Shown here piece after piece: positions 36,043 to 43,695 of a DNA stretch of 44,219 nucleotides. The stretch lies in sequence record MK907227.1. One strand, given 5' to 3'. The stretch is from Escherichia phage vB_EcoS-12210III. The translations under genes were made by a program, and so were the position numbers. How positions within the stretch are numbered: position 1 is the first letter of the stretch; each line of letters starts with the position of its first letter. Under the pieces are notes generated by a model. That model saw only the letters and a list, made by a program, of their open reading frames with translations. It ran no database searches and was not told the DNA's origin.

Positions 36043-36085
36043 TAGCACTTTTTGCCTAAGTAATGCCGTAGAAATGCGGCATAAT
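36042..36085 (+). promoter_or_regulatory. Conserved phage promoter unit: palindrome ATAGCACTTTTTGCCTA (36042-36058), 22-nt spacer, CATAAT (36080-36085), leader CATCGAAACGA
   Basis: Family member. Confidence 0.5.
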
Positions 36086-36126
36086 CACCACATCGAAACG
36101 AGATGAGCTAAACAAGGAAGCACAAA

Positions 36127-36303
36127 ATGACTAAAGTGATTTATTGCACCAAGAACAACTCAAAGACACTGCCATTTACAGTTAACCAGCCGTACAATGC
36201 AGAGTACCAGGGTGATGGATATTACAAGATTTACGGCGATGACATGACTCACATTTTAGCGCCGATTGATGGTTCGTTAGTTGAATTTATTATCGCTGAC
36301 TAG
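36127..36303 (+). CDS. Small hypothetical protein (58 aa)
   Basis: ATG 36127 downstream of the promoter and leader; terminator-like hairpin follows. Confidence 0.35.
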   Translation: MTKVIYCTKNNSKTLPFTVNQPYNAEYQGDGYYKIYGDDMTHILAPIDGSLVEFIIAD

Positions 36304-36330
36304 CGCAGAAAAAACATAGCTTTACAAGCG

Positions 36331-36354
36331 GGGGGCCTTTGGCTCCCTTTTTTT
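36331..36354 (+). terminator. Terminator (GGGGGCC-TTT-GGCTCCC with one G-U pair, T7)
   Basis: Read from sequence. Confidence 0.5.
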
Positions 36355-36432
36355 ATGCTTCTTTTCCGAGCGGTGCTAATGTATCATTCTTTTATTAACT
36401 TAAGCATTGACAAATACATAAAGGTGGATCAC

Positions 36433-36648
36433 ATGAGAGAAGTAATTAACGCCGCTACAGCATCAACTGGCGGTGCTGCGTTTACTGGTGCGGCAACTGG
36501 TCAAATGACTATAGCAATAATCAGCCTTATCGCTCTAATCATTTTCGGAGCCTGGGGTGCTTACTGGAAGTATAAGGATAGTCAAGCTATCAGGCGGGCG
36601 CTTGAATCTGGAGACTTGAAAACAGCAATCAATATAAGGAGCAAATAA
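36433..36648 (+). CDS. Holin (putative, single transmembrane segment)
   Basis: 71 aa from ATG 36433 (RBS AAGGTGGA); hydrophobic segment MTIAIISLIALIIFGAWGAY with charged C-terminus; directly upstream of the endolysin gene. Confidence 0.55.
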   Translation: MREVINAATASTGGAAFTGAATGQMTIAIISLIALIIFGAWGAYWKYKDSQAIRRALESGDLKTAINIRSK

Positions 36649-37134
36649 ATGAAGCAGAAGCTGCTAATTACCGCGGCTACGGCTGCGGCGATATACATCG
36701 CAGCTCCGCTTATTGAGCTCGTGGAAGGTGTGGAGAACAAGCCGTACATGGACATTGCCGGAATCCCTACAGTTTGTTCCGGTATTACTGGTCCTGATGT
36801 TGTTTGGGGTAAGACTTACAGCAATAGGGAGTGCCGGAACCTGCTGGAGAAACATATCCAGATTCATGCTAAGTATGTTCAGGATGCAGTTACCTACCCA
36901 ATCGCACCGCAGACAAGGGGGGCGTTAATCAGCTTTAGCTATAATGTTGGCGGCTCAGCGATGAGGAAGTCCACGGCTGTAAGGCTAATTAACCAGGGTA
37001 AGATTGAGCAAGGTTGCAAGGCTCTCGGGATGTGGAACAAGGCTCGAGTTAACGGGAAACTGAAGGTAGTTAAAGGCCTTGTTAACAGGAGAAATGAGGA
37101 GATTAAGCTATGCTTAAGTGGATTGCAGCGTTAG
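36649..37134 (+). CDS. SAR endolysin (T4 lysozyme-like muramidase with N-terminal signal-anchor-release segment)
   Basis: N-terminal weakly hydrophobic Ala/Gly-rich segment (LLITAATAAAIYIAAPLIELVEG) followed by an E-x8-D-x5-T catalytic triad pattern (E...D...T in ELVEGVENKPYMDIAGIPT). Confidence 0.8.
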   Translation: MKQKLLITAATAAAIYIAAPLIELVEGVENKPYMDIAGIPTVCSGITGPDVVWGKTYSNRECRNLLEKHIQIHAKYVQDAVTYPIAPQTRGALISFSYNVGGSAMRKSTAVRLINQGKIEQGCKALGMWNKARVNGKLKVVKGLVNRRNEEIKLCLSGLQR

Positions 37135-37499
37135 TAATGTGCGTAGCTTTATCTGGATGTTCGGCAACGTCTGCGCTGACTGGTTTAATTGGCAGTAAGC
37201 CAGAGATTAGCGCTCAAGCTGGTACAGAGAACAATAAGGTTGGTGTCGGGTTAACGAACAAGGTTGACTCAAGTAACTCCAGTGAAGCCACAGTTAAAGA
37301 TTCTAAGGTTGGGTCACTTGATAGCTCGAGCGGAAAAAAGACTGCTGACAATTCGATTAAGGCCTCAACAATCACTGCTGAAAAGATTGAGATCACCAAT
37401 AACGAATCATCCGCACTGCCGTGGATTGGAACGGGAGCGATGGGTCTGCTGGTTTTAATTCTCATGGCATTAATCTTAAGACGCAAAAAAGCCTCATAG
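37110..37499 (+). CDS. Unimolecular spanin (u-spanin; N-terminal lipoprotein signal plus C-terminal transmembrane segment)
   Basis: Lipobox LSGC near the N-terminus and C-terminal TMD (WIGTGAMGLLVLILMALIL) followed by RRKKAS; this architecture matches the T1 gp11-type spanin. Confidence 0.75.
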   Translation: MLKWIAALVMCVALSGCSATSALTGLIGSKPEISAQAGTENNKVGVGLTNKVDSSNSSEATVKDSKVGSLDSSSGKKTADNSIKASTITAEKIEITNNESSALPWIGTGAMGLLVLILMALILRRKKAS

Positions 37500-37514
37500 T
37501 GGAGGCTATTTCTG

Positions 37515-37607
37515 TTACTTAATTCTAACTTCAACGTCGATATCGTACCGCATAGCTAATGGATGGGCCTTTCCATTAACTTGGCTCATCTTCATAATAT
37601 TATCCAT
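37515..37607 (-). CDS. Small hypothetical peptide (30 aa)
   Basis: ATG preceded by AAAGAGGA and a promoter unit; coding status uncertain. Confidence 0.25.
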   Translation of the reverse strand: MDNIMKMSQVNGKAHPLAMRYDIDVEVRIK

Positions 37608-37637
37608 TTTAAAATCCTCTTTGTTTTCTATGAAGTA

Positions 37638-37681
37638 ACTATGCTCTTTTTGTTTTTCTTTTATTTAGCAATTTGTGCTAT
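37638..37681 (-). promoter_or_regulatory. Conserved phage promoter unit (minus): palindrome 37665-37681, 22-nt spacer, -10 CATAGT (37638-37643)
   Basis: Family member. Confidence 0.45.
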
Positions 37682-37758
37682 CAGTACACGCCAAGATAAA
37701 TAGCTACGTTATCCATGATTGCAACAGCAGTCAGCATACCAGCGAAGAACTTAACCAT
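37681..37758 (-). CDS. Small hydrophobic peptide (25 aa; MVKFFAGMLTAVAIMDNVAIYLGVY)
   Basis: ATG downstream of a promoter unit and CATCGAAACGA leader; coding status uncertain. Confidence 0.2.
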   Translation of the reverse strand: MVKFFAGMLTAVAIMDNVAIYLGVY

Positions 37759-37795
37759 TTTGTTTTCCTTTCCTGTCTATCGTTTCGATGAATTA

Positions 37796-37839
37796 ATAAT
37801 AACAAAAGCCCACAAGGGGCTTTTAACAAAAAGTGCTAT
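37796..37839 (-). promoter_or_regulatory. Conserved phage promoter unit (minus): palindrome variant 37823-37839, 22-nt spacer, -10 TATTAT (37796-37801), leader CATCGAAACGA; overlaps a terminator hairpin (37805-37822)
   Basis: Family member with the first half-site degenerated (TTAACAA). Confidence 0.4.
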
Positions 37840-38175
37840 TTAAGAAAATAACTCCTCGTCAGTCATTGTTCCTATGTTCATCATCTCTTTTATGTACTTG
37901 CTCTCATACCCGCTAAGCGCATCGAAATTGAAATCAAACGGCCTCTTCAGGCTACCCTTGCTAACAAACTCACCACACTTACCATCAATGTATCCAGCAG
38001 TTAACATCTTTGCGCAAAACTCCTTTGAAGCAGCGCTGCAAAATTCCCTATGCGACAAACCTGCTGCTTTGCTGAATCTCTGAGAGTCCTTATGTTGGTA
38101 GATGAATCGCGCCAAATGCTGGCGCGTGAAGTATGAATACGACTCGCAGAAGCGGTACAAATCCAAAATAAACAC
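37840..38175 (-). CDS. Hypothetical protein (111 aa, GTG start)
   Basis: ORF from the track; GGGGTGA upstream of GTG. Confidence 0.4.
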   Translation of the reverse strand: MFILDLYRFCESYSYFTRQHLARFIYQHKDSQRFSKAAGLSHREFCSAASKEFCAKMLTAGYIDGKCGEFVSKGSLKRPFDFNFDALSGYESKYIKEMMNIGTMTDEELFS

Positions 38176-38178
38176 TCA

Positions 38179-39762
38179 TCACCCCAATAGTCGTGGATTA
38201 ATGTAAACTTTATCACCAATCAGGCACGTGTAGTTTTTCTCATCAAGCATTGGCAGCAAGTGGTCTTTAATCTTCGTCATTACTCCCGCTTGAGCCTCGA
38301 ACGGCTTAACCTTGCGAGCCGCTTCATATAGCGAACGAATACCTACTACTCCTTTCCCGTTTTTGCCTTGCTTAATCAGGATATCAATCAGCTTATTCAT
38401 CTCTGCATTGTCGCCAGCGTGACCCGCGGCGTTAGCGGATGACAAATAAGTCTTGCTAAGTTCCTGGAACATAATTACAGCTTCCTGCATTGTATCAAGC
38501 TCAATTTCTCTCGACTTCTGAGGGCTACCGCCATTTGGGTTGAACCAGTTACGCACAGTGTGAAGAACCGCCGCAATCCTGATTGCCTGCTTATCGAACT
38601 TACCCAACGCGCCTCGCAACATTGTGTGTGAATACTTCCCGCCGTCAGCAAGGTGCGGTTCCATCTCCTGACGCGCGCGGTTGAGATATTTCATTGCTGA
38701 ATTACTAACTGTCAACTTAACTTCTTGTTCATTCATGATTTCATGAACCAGACGGAAGTAGTTAGCCTTAAGCTCACCATCTATCGGTTCGTAAGTTGAC
38801 TCACCATTTTCATCAACAAACACACGCTCGCCCAGGAATGACTTTTCACGTACAAGCAGGAAACGTTCAGATACACCGATACCACGCGCGCCAGCGTTCA
38901 TGATCGCATTGATTGTTTCATCCTGTGCAATTACAGAGATGCAACCCATAGCAACAAAGCTCATATTGTTTTCTGCGTTAGCACGCGCAATTGACACGTT
39001 ACCAGCATCCCAGGCCTTCAGCACAAGCTCGCTGTTCGTTTTCTTCGAACCATCACCATAGGTCATACCAAGCAGTGAGTTGACGCTGGTTGCTTCATCT
39101 GATATTACAGCAAAGCTGCCCTGGCGGTTGTTTATTCGCGCAAGTCCTTCCGGTGTGGTATCTGACACAGGGAAAACGATATCACATAGTTTCTCGAGTT
39201 TTTCCTCTAGTTCCTCTTTCTCCTCAAAAAGTGAAGCCATCTCTGACGGAGATTTTTCCTGCTTCATCTCTTTGGATAATTCAGATAGTTTTGCCATAAT
39301 TTTCTTGCGCTCACGCTTTCTCACTTTATTTAGTCGCTCAGTCTCAGCAATCATTGGAGCAATTGAAAGTGAGTTGATTGCTGATTTACCCGTCGATGGT
39401 GGCTGACTCGTTACGACGTACAGCGAAGTCGGTTGCTGCGTTCCGTGATACTCAACAGTAAATCGACCCAGCATTGCAGCGGAAATACACCCCAGGAAGT
39501 GCATGTAAGCTGACGACTCAGGGAACTGAACAGAACGGGCAATATTAGCTGACAGCTTACCAACAACATCAATGTCATTACCTAGTGAGATTACTGGATA
39601 CTTGTCATTAGCTGCATCAATCTCGACTGGTGCTTTCCAGAATGATTGAGACTGGCGATAGCCATTAGCATTAATGGCGACGCGCAGGGGCGGGAGGTTT
39701 TCTGCGGCAGCAATTGCCATAACCTGTTCAACAGATAGTTTATCTTCGTTGAAATCGAACAT
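38179..39762 (-). CDS. P-loop NTPase, DUF3987-like (putative replication/primase-associated ATPase)
   Basis: 527 aa; Walker A-like SQPPSTGKS and Walker B-like AVISDEAT; its N- and C-terminal segments are paralogous to the protein at 42248..42670. Confidence 0.6.
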   Translation of the reverse strand: MFDFNEDKLSVEQVMAIAAAENLPPLRVAINANGYRQSQSFWKAPVEIDAANDKYPVISLGNDIDVVGKLSANIARSVQFPESSAYMHFLGCISAAMLGRFTVEYHGTQQPTSLYVVTSQPPSTGKSAINSLSIAPMIAETERLNKVRKRERKKIMAKLSELSKEMKQEKSPSEMASLFEEKEELEEKLEKLCDIVFPVSDTTPEGLARINNRQGSFAVISDEATSVNSLLGMTYGDGSKKTNSELVLKAWDAGNVSIARANAENNMSFVAMGCISVIAQDETINAIMNAGARGIGVSERFLLVREKSFLGERVFVDENGESTYEPIDGELKANYFRLVHEIMNEQEVKLTVSNSAMKYLNRARQEMEPHLADGGKYSHTMLRGALGKFDKQAIRIAAVLHTVRNWFNPNGGSPQKSREIELDTMQEAVIMFQELSKTYLSSANAAGHAGDNAEMNKLIDILIKQGKNGKGVVGIRSLYEAARKVKPFEAQAGVMTKIKDHLLPMLDEKNYTCLIGDKVYINPRLLG

Positions 39763-39792
39763 TACTTGTCTCCGTATTGTTTCTGAGCGGCC

Positions 39793-39836
39793 ATTATATC
39801 AACGACCGCTTATAATTCATTGTCAATTTGTGCTTA
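39793..39836 (-). promoter_or_regulatory. Conserved phage promoter unit (minus): palindrome variant 39820-39836 (hexamer TTGACA), 22-nt spacer, -10 TATAAT (39793-39798)
   Basis: Family member upstream of the NTPase gene. Confidence 0.5.
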
Positions 39837-40190
39837 TTATCGGTATTGAGCCTCAAAGCGGTAGTCGCCGCAAACTGTAACAAAGCCAACATCTTCGTCA
39901 CGATATAGCTGCCATGCGCTGCCCTCTTTATCGTAAATGTATCCAGCGAACTGACCAAGTCCAGCATGGAGATCTACTTGATATCTCTTCCCTTCAGTGA
40001 AGTATTTACGAATGGATGATCGATGATTAACATTTGTGCAGTAAATGGTCTTTGTCTTGATGTACTTGCCGCGCTCTTCAATGTTAATCCATTTTCCATC
40101 TTTCTTGATTTGCTCTACGCCATCTTTTACTCTGGCTTTGTATAATACGTTTTCGTTACTGATCCAGTTTTTGGTAATCGTAGTTGTCAT
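39837..40190 (-). CDS. Hypothetical protein (117 aa)
   Basis: ORF from the track; ATGA overlap with the upstream small ORF. Confidence 0.5.
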   Translation of the reverse strand: MTTTITKNWISNENVLYKARVKDGVEQIKKDGKWINIEERGKYIKTKTIYCTNVNHRSSIRKYFTEGKRYQVDLHAGLGQFAGYIYDKEGSAWQLYRDEDVGFVTVCGDYRFEAQYR

Positions 40191-40351
40191 TTTGTTACTC
40201 TCTTAGTTGTCCACATGAATTTGTTAGGTACTGATTTGCGCACGATTCGCACAACAATCTTGTCAACCTTCTGAACTAAACCGTAAATCTTCCCATCAAG
40301 TGACGCGCGGTACAATGCCTCTTCTATCGCGTCATGAAAGTTGTCGAACAT
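40187..40351 (-). CDS. Small hypothetical protein (54 aa)
   Basis: ATG 40351 downstream of a promoter unit and leader (RBS GGGAG). Confidence 0.3.
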   Translation of the reverse strand: MFDNFHDAIEEALYRASLDGKIYGLVQKVDKIVVRIVRKSVPNKFMWTTKRVTK

Positions 40352-40377
40352 TTCTTATCTCCCGTTTCGATGTAAAG

Positions 40378-40421
40378 ATAATACCGCATCCTTGCGATTT
40401 CGTTTTAGCAATTCGTGCTAT
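40378..40421 (-). promoter_or_regulatory. Conserved phage promoter unit (minus): palindrome 40405-40421, 22-nt spacer, -10 TATTAT (40378-40383), leader CATCGAAACGG
   Basis: Family member. Confidence 0.5.
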
Positions 40422-40569
40422 TTCGTGCTTTTTCTATCGCCTTGAGCATAATCTCGTGAGAATCCAGTAGGTCCTCATTAAACCAGTCACCGCAAGGCCA
40501 ACCCTTGCCGCTGTAGGCACTTATGACCTCAAGATCGAAATAATTTATCTCAGATGGTAATAGCATCAT
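40405..40569 (-). CDS. Small hypothetical protein (54 aa)
   Basis: ATG overlapping the upstream stop; 3' end overlaps the promoter palindrome. Confidence 0.3.
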   Translation of the reverse strand: MMLLPSEINYFDLEVISAYSGKGWPCGDWFNEDLLDSHEIMLKAIEKARNSTNC

Positions 40570-40805
40570 TTCACCTCGTCAAAAGTTGCAATTCCAGGGA
40601 TAAACATCACAACATTCCAGCCTGCAATGGCAATCCAGCCAGAATCGTTCTTGTGCGGTCGCTCAGCGCCATTAATCAACCACTCGTTCGGGATTGCCTT
40701 GCCGTTAATGATTAGTGGCTCAGCGTTGTATACAGAGCCCTTTACGAACGGTGTCAAAATCTTCTTGTCCGTGCTGGTGATACAGTTAGTGCAGCGAATT
40801 TTCAT
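40566..40805 (-). CDS. Hypothetical protein (79 aa)
   Basis: ORF from the track. Confidence 0.45.
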   Translation of the reverse strand: MKIRCTNCITSTDKKILTPFVKGSVYNAEPLIINGKAIPNEWLINGAERPHKNDSGWIAIAGWNVVMFIPGIATFDEVK

Positions 40806-40815
40806 ATCTCAATCT

Positions 40816-40995
40816 TCAAATAAATGGTAAACATTCAACGCATCCAAGTCCATCACAGCACAGGAATTCATCCTCTGACTGGAATTGCTTAGCCAAGTTA
40901 ATGTCCAACTTTCCGCGCAACACAAGGTCTGTGTAATCTTCGTTAAGCCCAATCAGTGCGCATTCGTTACGAAGTTCATCTTTATCAATCTTCAT
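40816..40995 (-). CDS. Small Cys-containing hypothetical protein (59 aa)
   Basis: ATG 40995 with RBS GAGGAG downstream of a promoter unit; C-terminal CCDGLGCVEC. Confidence 0.35.
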   Translation of the reverse strand: MKIDKDELRNECALIGLNEDYTDLVLRGKLDINLAKQFQSEDEFLCCDGLGCVECLPFI

Positions 40996-41022
40996 TTCTA
41001 TCTCCTCGTTTTTGATGAGCTA

Positions 41023-41067
41023 ACTATAGCCTCGCTAACTCATAATGTCTTTAGCAAAAAGCGCTAT
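41023..41067 (-). promoter_or_regulatory. Conserved phage promoter unit (minus): palindrome variant 41051-41067, 23-nt spacer, -10 TATAGT (41023-41028)
   Basis: Family member. Confidence 0.45.
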
Positions 41068-41354
41068 TCGTCAGATTTATGCATTGTTGCAGATATTGCA
41101 ATGATTCACATGATTATTGCACATACAGCAATATTGCTTCTGATGCAATGATGTTTTTGATTGTTGCGAAAAGTGAAATGAAGTGGTGGGTGAGTGAATG
41201 AAAGATGGATTGACTACCATACAAGTTGATTTTCATTCTTGGTGAGCCATTCTTGAGATATACGAGTAACCATCGTATACCAAGTGTCGTCACAAAAGTT
41301 AGTTACCACTAACCTACGTTTTTTACGCGAGATATACGCACGATATACAATATA

Positions 41355-41425
41355 ATATCTATATATATCAACCTTTTACTTTATTATTATTATTATTATT
41401 ATATATATGTATACTGTGTATACCG
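41355..41425. repeat. AT-rich ~70-bp repeat, copy B (with (TTA)6 microsatellite), inside a 540-bp non-coding AT-rich region
   Basis: Matches copy A at 24319-24388. Confidence 0.8.
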
Positions 41426-41699
41426 ATAATTGATTGGATAATTGATATGTTCCGCGCAGATATTCTGACACTTGTCAGAATGGGATGACATTGTAGGAAT
41501 AAAAAGGCGCATATATAGGAAAGCACTCCCAAAAACGGTACACAGGGGATACGGCACGTTTACAACCAGTGCTGACGCTGCCTTGGAGGCCGAAAAAACG
41601 TATCCGCGATGGAATAGACATAAAAATACGTTGACCGACACGTAAACAAGTGGCAAGATGGCAATCACTGAAACGAAGTAAACGAAACGAGGTATCAAC

Positions 41700-42248
41700 A
41701 TGCAGAAAGTAACACTTGGCGAAGTTATCCGTGAGATGGTGCGTAACGCAATGGCGTCTGAGAACGGCGAGTTCAAAGTTCCGGTAAGCCAGATATTCAA
41801 ACTTGTTCGCGGCAAGCCATATCCAGAAATGGAGTATGACGAAGAGACTGACGAGATCCTAAACCTGGCAGACAGGGCGATGCCTGAACTCAAGAACTCG
41901 TACATCTACAATACCGTGTCGCGAATGACTGAACTACGAGACGCCAACAAGCGAGCGCGCTACAAGTTCATCTGGATTGACGATGAAGGCGAGCAAACCA
42001 GGCCGGGTAATTTCGACGGCGATGGTGCTGATAAATACCTGGTAATTTATATTGAGAACGGCTCTCACTGGACTGGCAATCGTGAGAAGAAGAAGCAGGA
42101 AGCAGAGAAAGAGGTCGCCATCATTGAAAGGTTCAAGGCTCGGTTACTCAAGATCACACCTAACGTTATCGACCTGCAAGGCGAGCAGAAAGAGGGCGCT
42201 CTCATTGCCCTGGCCCGTTACTATGAAATGATTAAGGAGACTAACTGA
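41700..42248 (+). CDS. Hypothetical protein (182 aa)
   Basis: ORF from the track; leader contains AAACGAAACGAG. Confidence 0.55.
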   Translation: MQKVTLGEVIREMVRNAMASENGEFKVPVSQIFKLVRGKPYPEMEYDEETDEILNLADRAMPELKNSYIYNTVSRMTELRDANKRARYKFIWIDDEGEQTRPGNFDGDGADKYLVIYIENGSHWTGNREKKKQEAEKEVAIIERFKARLLKITPNVIDLQGEQKEGALIALARYYEMIKETN

Positions 42249-42670
42249 TGTTTAATTTCGATGAAGAGAAACTGACGGACGAGCAGATTATGAATATTGC
42301 TATCCAAGATGGGCTGCCACCGCTACTGGTTGCAATCAATGCTAACGGGTATCGACAAACGCAAGGCTTCTGGGGTCATCCCGATGCGTCAGAAGTATAC
42401 AAAGATGAAGCGCTTGGCGTTCTGATTAATATTATTAGGAAAATGGCAAAGAACGGCAAGGGCGTGCTTGGTATCAGGTCTTTATACGAAGGCGCTCGCA
42501 GGGCGAAAAGAATTAAGGGTGGCAATGACAGGCTAATGGCGCGCATTAAGGATGAGTTTATCCCAGCCCTAGAGAGTATGAATCTAGCTTGCCTCATTGG
42601 AGATAAGATTTATGTTCATCCGGCAATCCTCGAGGAGAGCTGGGAGCCTAACTTCAAAGTATACGAATGA
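42248..42670 (+). CDS. Mini-paralog of the DUF3987-like NTPase termini (140 aa; lacks the ATPase core)
   Basis: N-terminus MFNFDEEKLTDEQIMNIA...LPPLLVAINANGYRQTQGFW matches the NTPase N-terminus; C-terminus KNGKGVLGIRSLYEGAR...CLIGDKIYVHP matches the NTPase C-terminus. Confidence 0.6.
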   Translation: MFNFDEEKLTDEQIMNIAIQDGLPPLLVAINANGYRQTQGFWGHPDASEVYKDEALGVLINIIRKMAKNGKGVLGIRSLYEGARRAKRIKGGNDRLMARIKDEFIPALESMNLACLIGDKIYVHPAILEESWEPNFKVYE

Positions 42671-42777
42671 GAGCATCCTAGTAGACTACCATACCACTTC
42701 CGGTACAGTGATGAGGAGGTGAAGGCGGGGATTGAGTTCTACTGGAAAGCGAAAGCTCTCCTGAACGGTGAATATTA

Positions 42778-42993
42778 ATGCTTATAAAATGTGTGTATGT
42801 AAGGCAAGCCAATCACCACAACCTTTCAGTTGTAAATGGCGGGATATACGTGGCTAAGCCGATACCTTGTTTTAATGGCTCATACTACATCAAGGTTGAT
42901 GGTAATGGGTACATAGTTAAGACGATAGGTGAATCCCTTATGATAAAAAGCCTTGGCGTCATAATGGCTAAGTTCGAAATAGTTCGCAAATAG
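42778..42993 (+). CDS. Hypothetical protein (71 aa)
   Basis: ORF from the track. Confidence 0.4.
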   Translation: MLIKCVYVRQANHHNLSVVNGGIYVAKPIPCFNGSYYIKVDGNGYIVKTIGESLMIKSLGVIMAKFEIVRK

Positions 42994-43033
42994 CACGAAT
43001 TGCTAAACAATGGATCGGGTAGTCAGCTATGAT
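42990..43033 (+). promoter_or_regulatory. Conserved phage promoter unit: palindrome ATAGCACGAATTGCTAA (42990-43006), 22-nt spacer, TATGAT (43028-43033), leader CATCGAAAACAAAGAGG
   Basis: Family member. Confidence 0.5.
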
Positions 43034-43063
43034 TACCCCATCGAAAACAAAGAGGAAATGAAT

Positions 43064-43267
43064 ATGGAAGCTGTTCGAGTAGAAGATCAGTGCTTTGATC
43101 AGGCCGAGGTAAGTATAGGTAGCGGCGCTCAAGGAACGTTTGTGTATCTGGATTTCGATCCTGACGACAATGGAGACAGCCAGGCGATTATGCGATACAG
43201 CTCTGATCAAGCCCGCAAACTGGCGGCGGCATTAATCCTGGCAGCAGACGAGGCGGAGAGGCAATGA
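43064..43267 (+). CDS. Hypothetical acidic protein (67 aa)
   Basis: Start set to ATG 43064 (RBS AGAGGA); the track start at 43010 lies inside the promoter. Confidence 0.4.
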   Translation: MEAVRVEDQCFDQAEVSIGSGAQGTFVYLDFDPDDNGDSQAIMRYSSDQARKLAAALILAADEAERQ

Positions 43268-43280
43268 AGGAGAAATTATA

Positions 43281-43499
43281 ATGCAGGTATATACGAATAG
43301 TAATGGTGTCGAGTTTTGTGTGGTTTCCGGAGTGGTTCTTCGCACTGTTGGCGGTCTCGGGATCATCAACATTTCAGGGATCAAGCCTGAATCGCTGGTT
43401 AAGGGTGTCCAGGCCGGAATCTTCACCTTTCACTCAACGCTGACGGCTAAGCAGTATGTTACCCTCGCCAACGCGGTTAAGTACGGGGTTATCAGATAG
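43281..43499 (+). CDS. Hypothetical protein (72 aa)
   Basis: ORF from the track; RBS-like AAGGAGA upstream. Confidence 0.45.
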   Translation: MQVYTNSNGVEFCVVSGVVLRTVGGLGIINISGIKPESLVKGVQAGIFTFHSTLTAKQYVTLANAVKYGVIR

Positions 43500-43539
43500 C
43501 ACTTTTTGCTAAAATGGGATTCATCCTGACTGGTATAAT
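43496..43539 (+). promoter_or_regulatory. Conserved phage promoter unit: palindrome ATAGCACTTTTTGCTAA (43496-43512), 22-nt spacer, TATAAT (43534-43539)
   Basis: Family member. Confidence 0.5.
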
Positions 43540-43611
43540 CCCCACACCAACCACGCGAGTGTAAGTTAAGTGACGATATACGAACATAAATTCAGCAGCA
43601 GGGGTATTGAT

Positions 43612-43695
43612 ATGCTCCTGCACTATGTAGACGAAAAGTACGCAAAGCTCATGCTTAAGACGCATGGCGGCACAATAACGAGGATTGATATATGA
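43612..43695 (+). CDS. Small hypothetical peptide (27 aa)
   Basis: ATG with RBS-like AGGGG; ATGA overlap with the next gene; coding status uncertain. Confidence 0.25.
   Translation: MLLHYVDEKYAKLMLKTHGGTITRIDI

Noticed and set aside
41399-41905. 168-aa minus-strand ORF spanning the AT-rich region and the 5' end of the 41700 gene
   Set aside because: Runs antisense through a plus-strand gene start and through microsatellite sequence; low-complexity product; no RBS.
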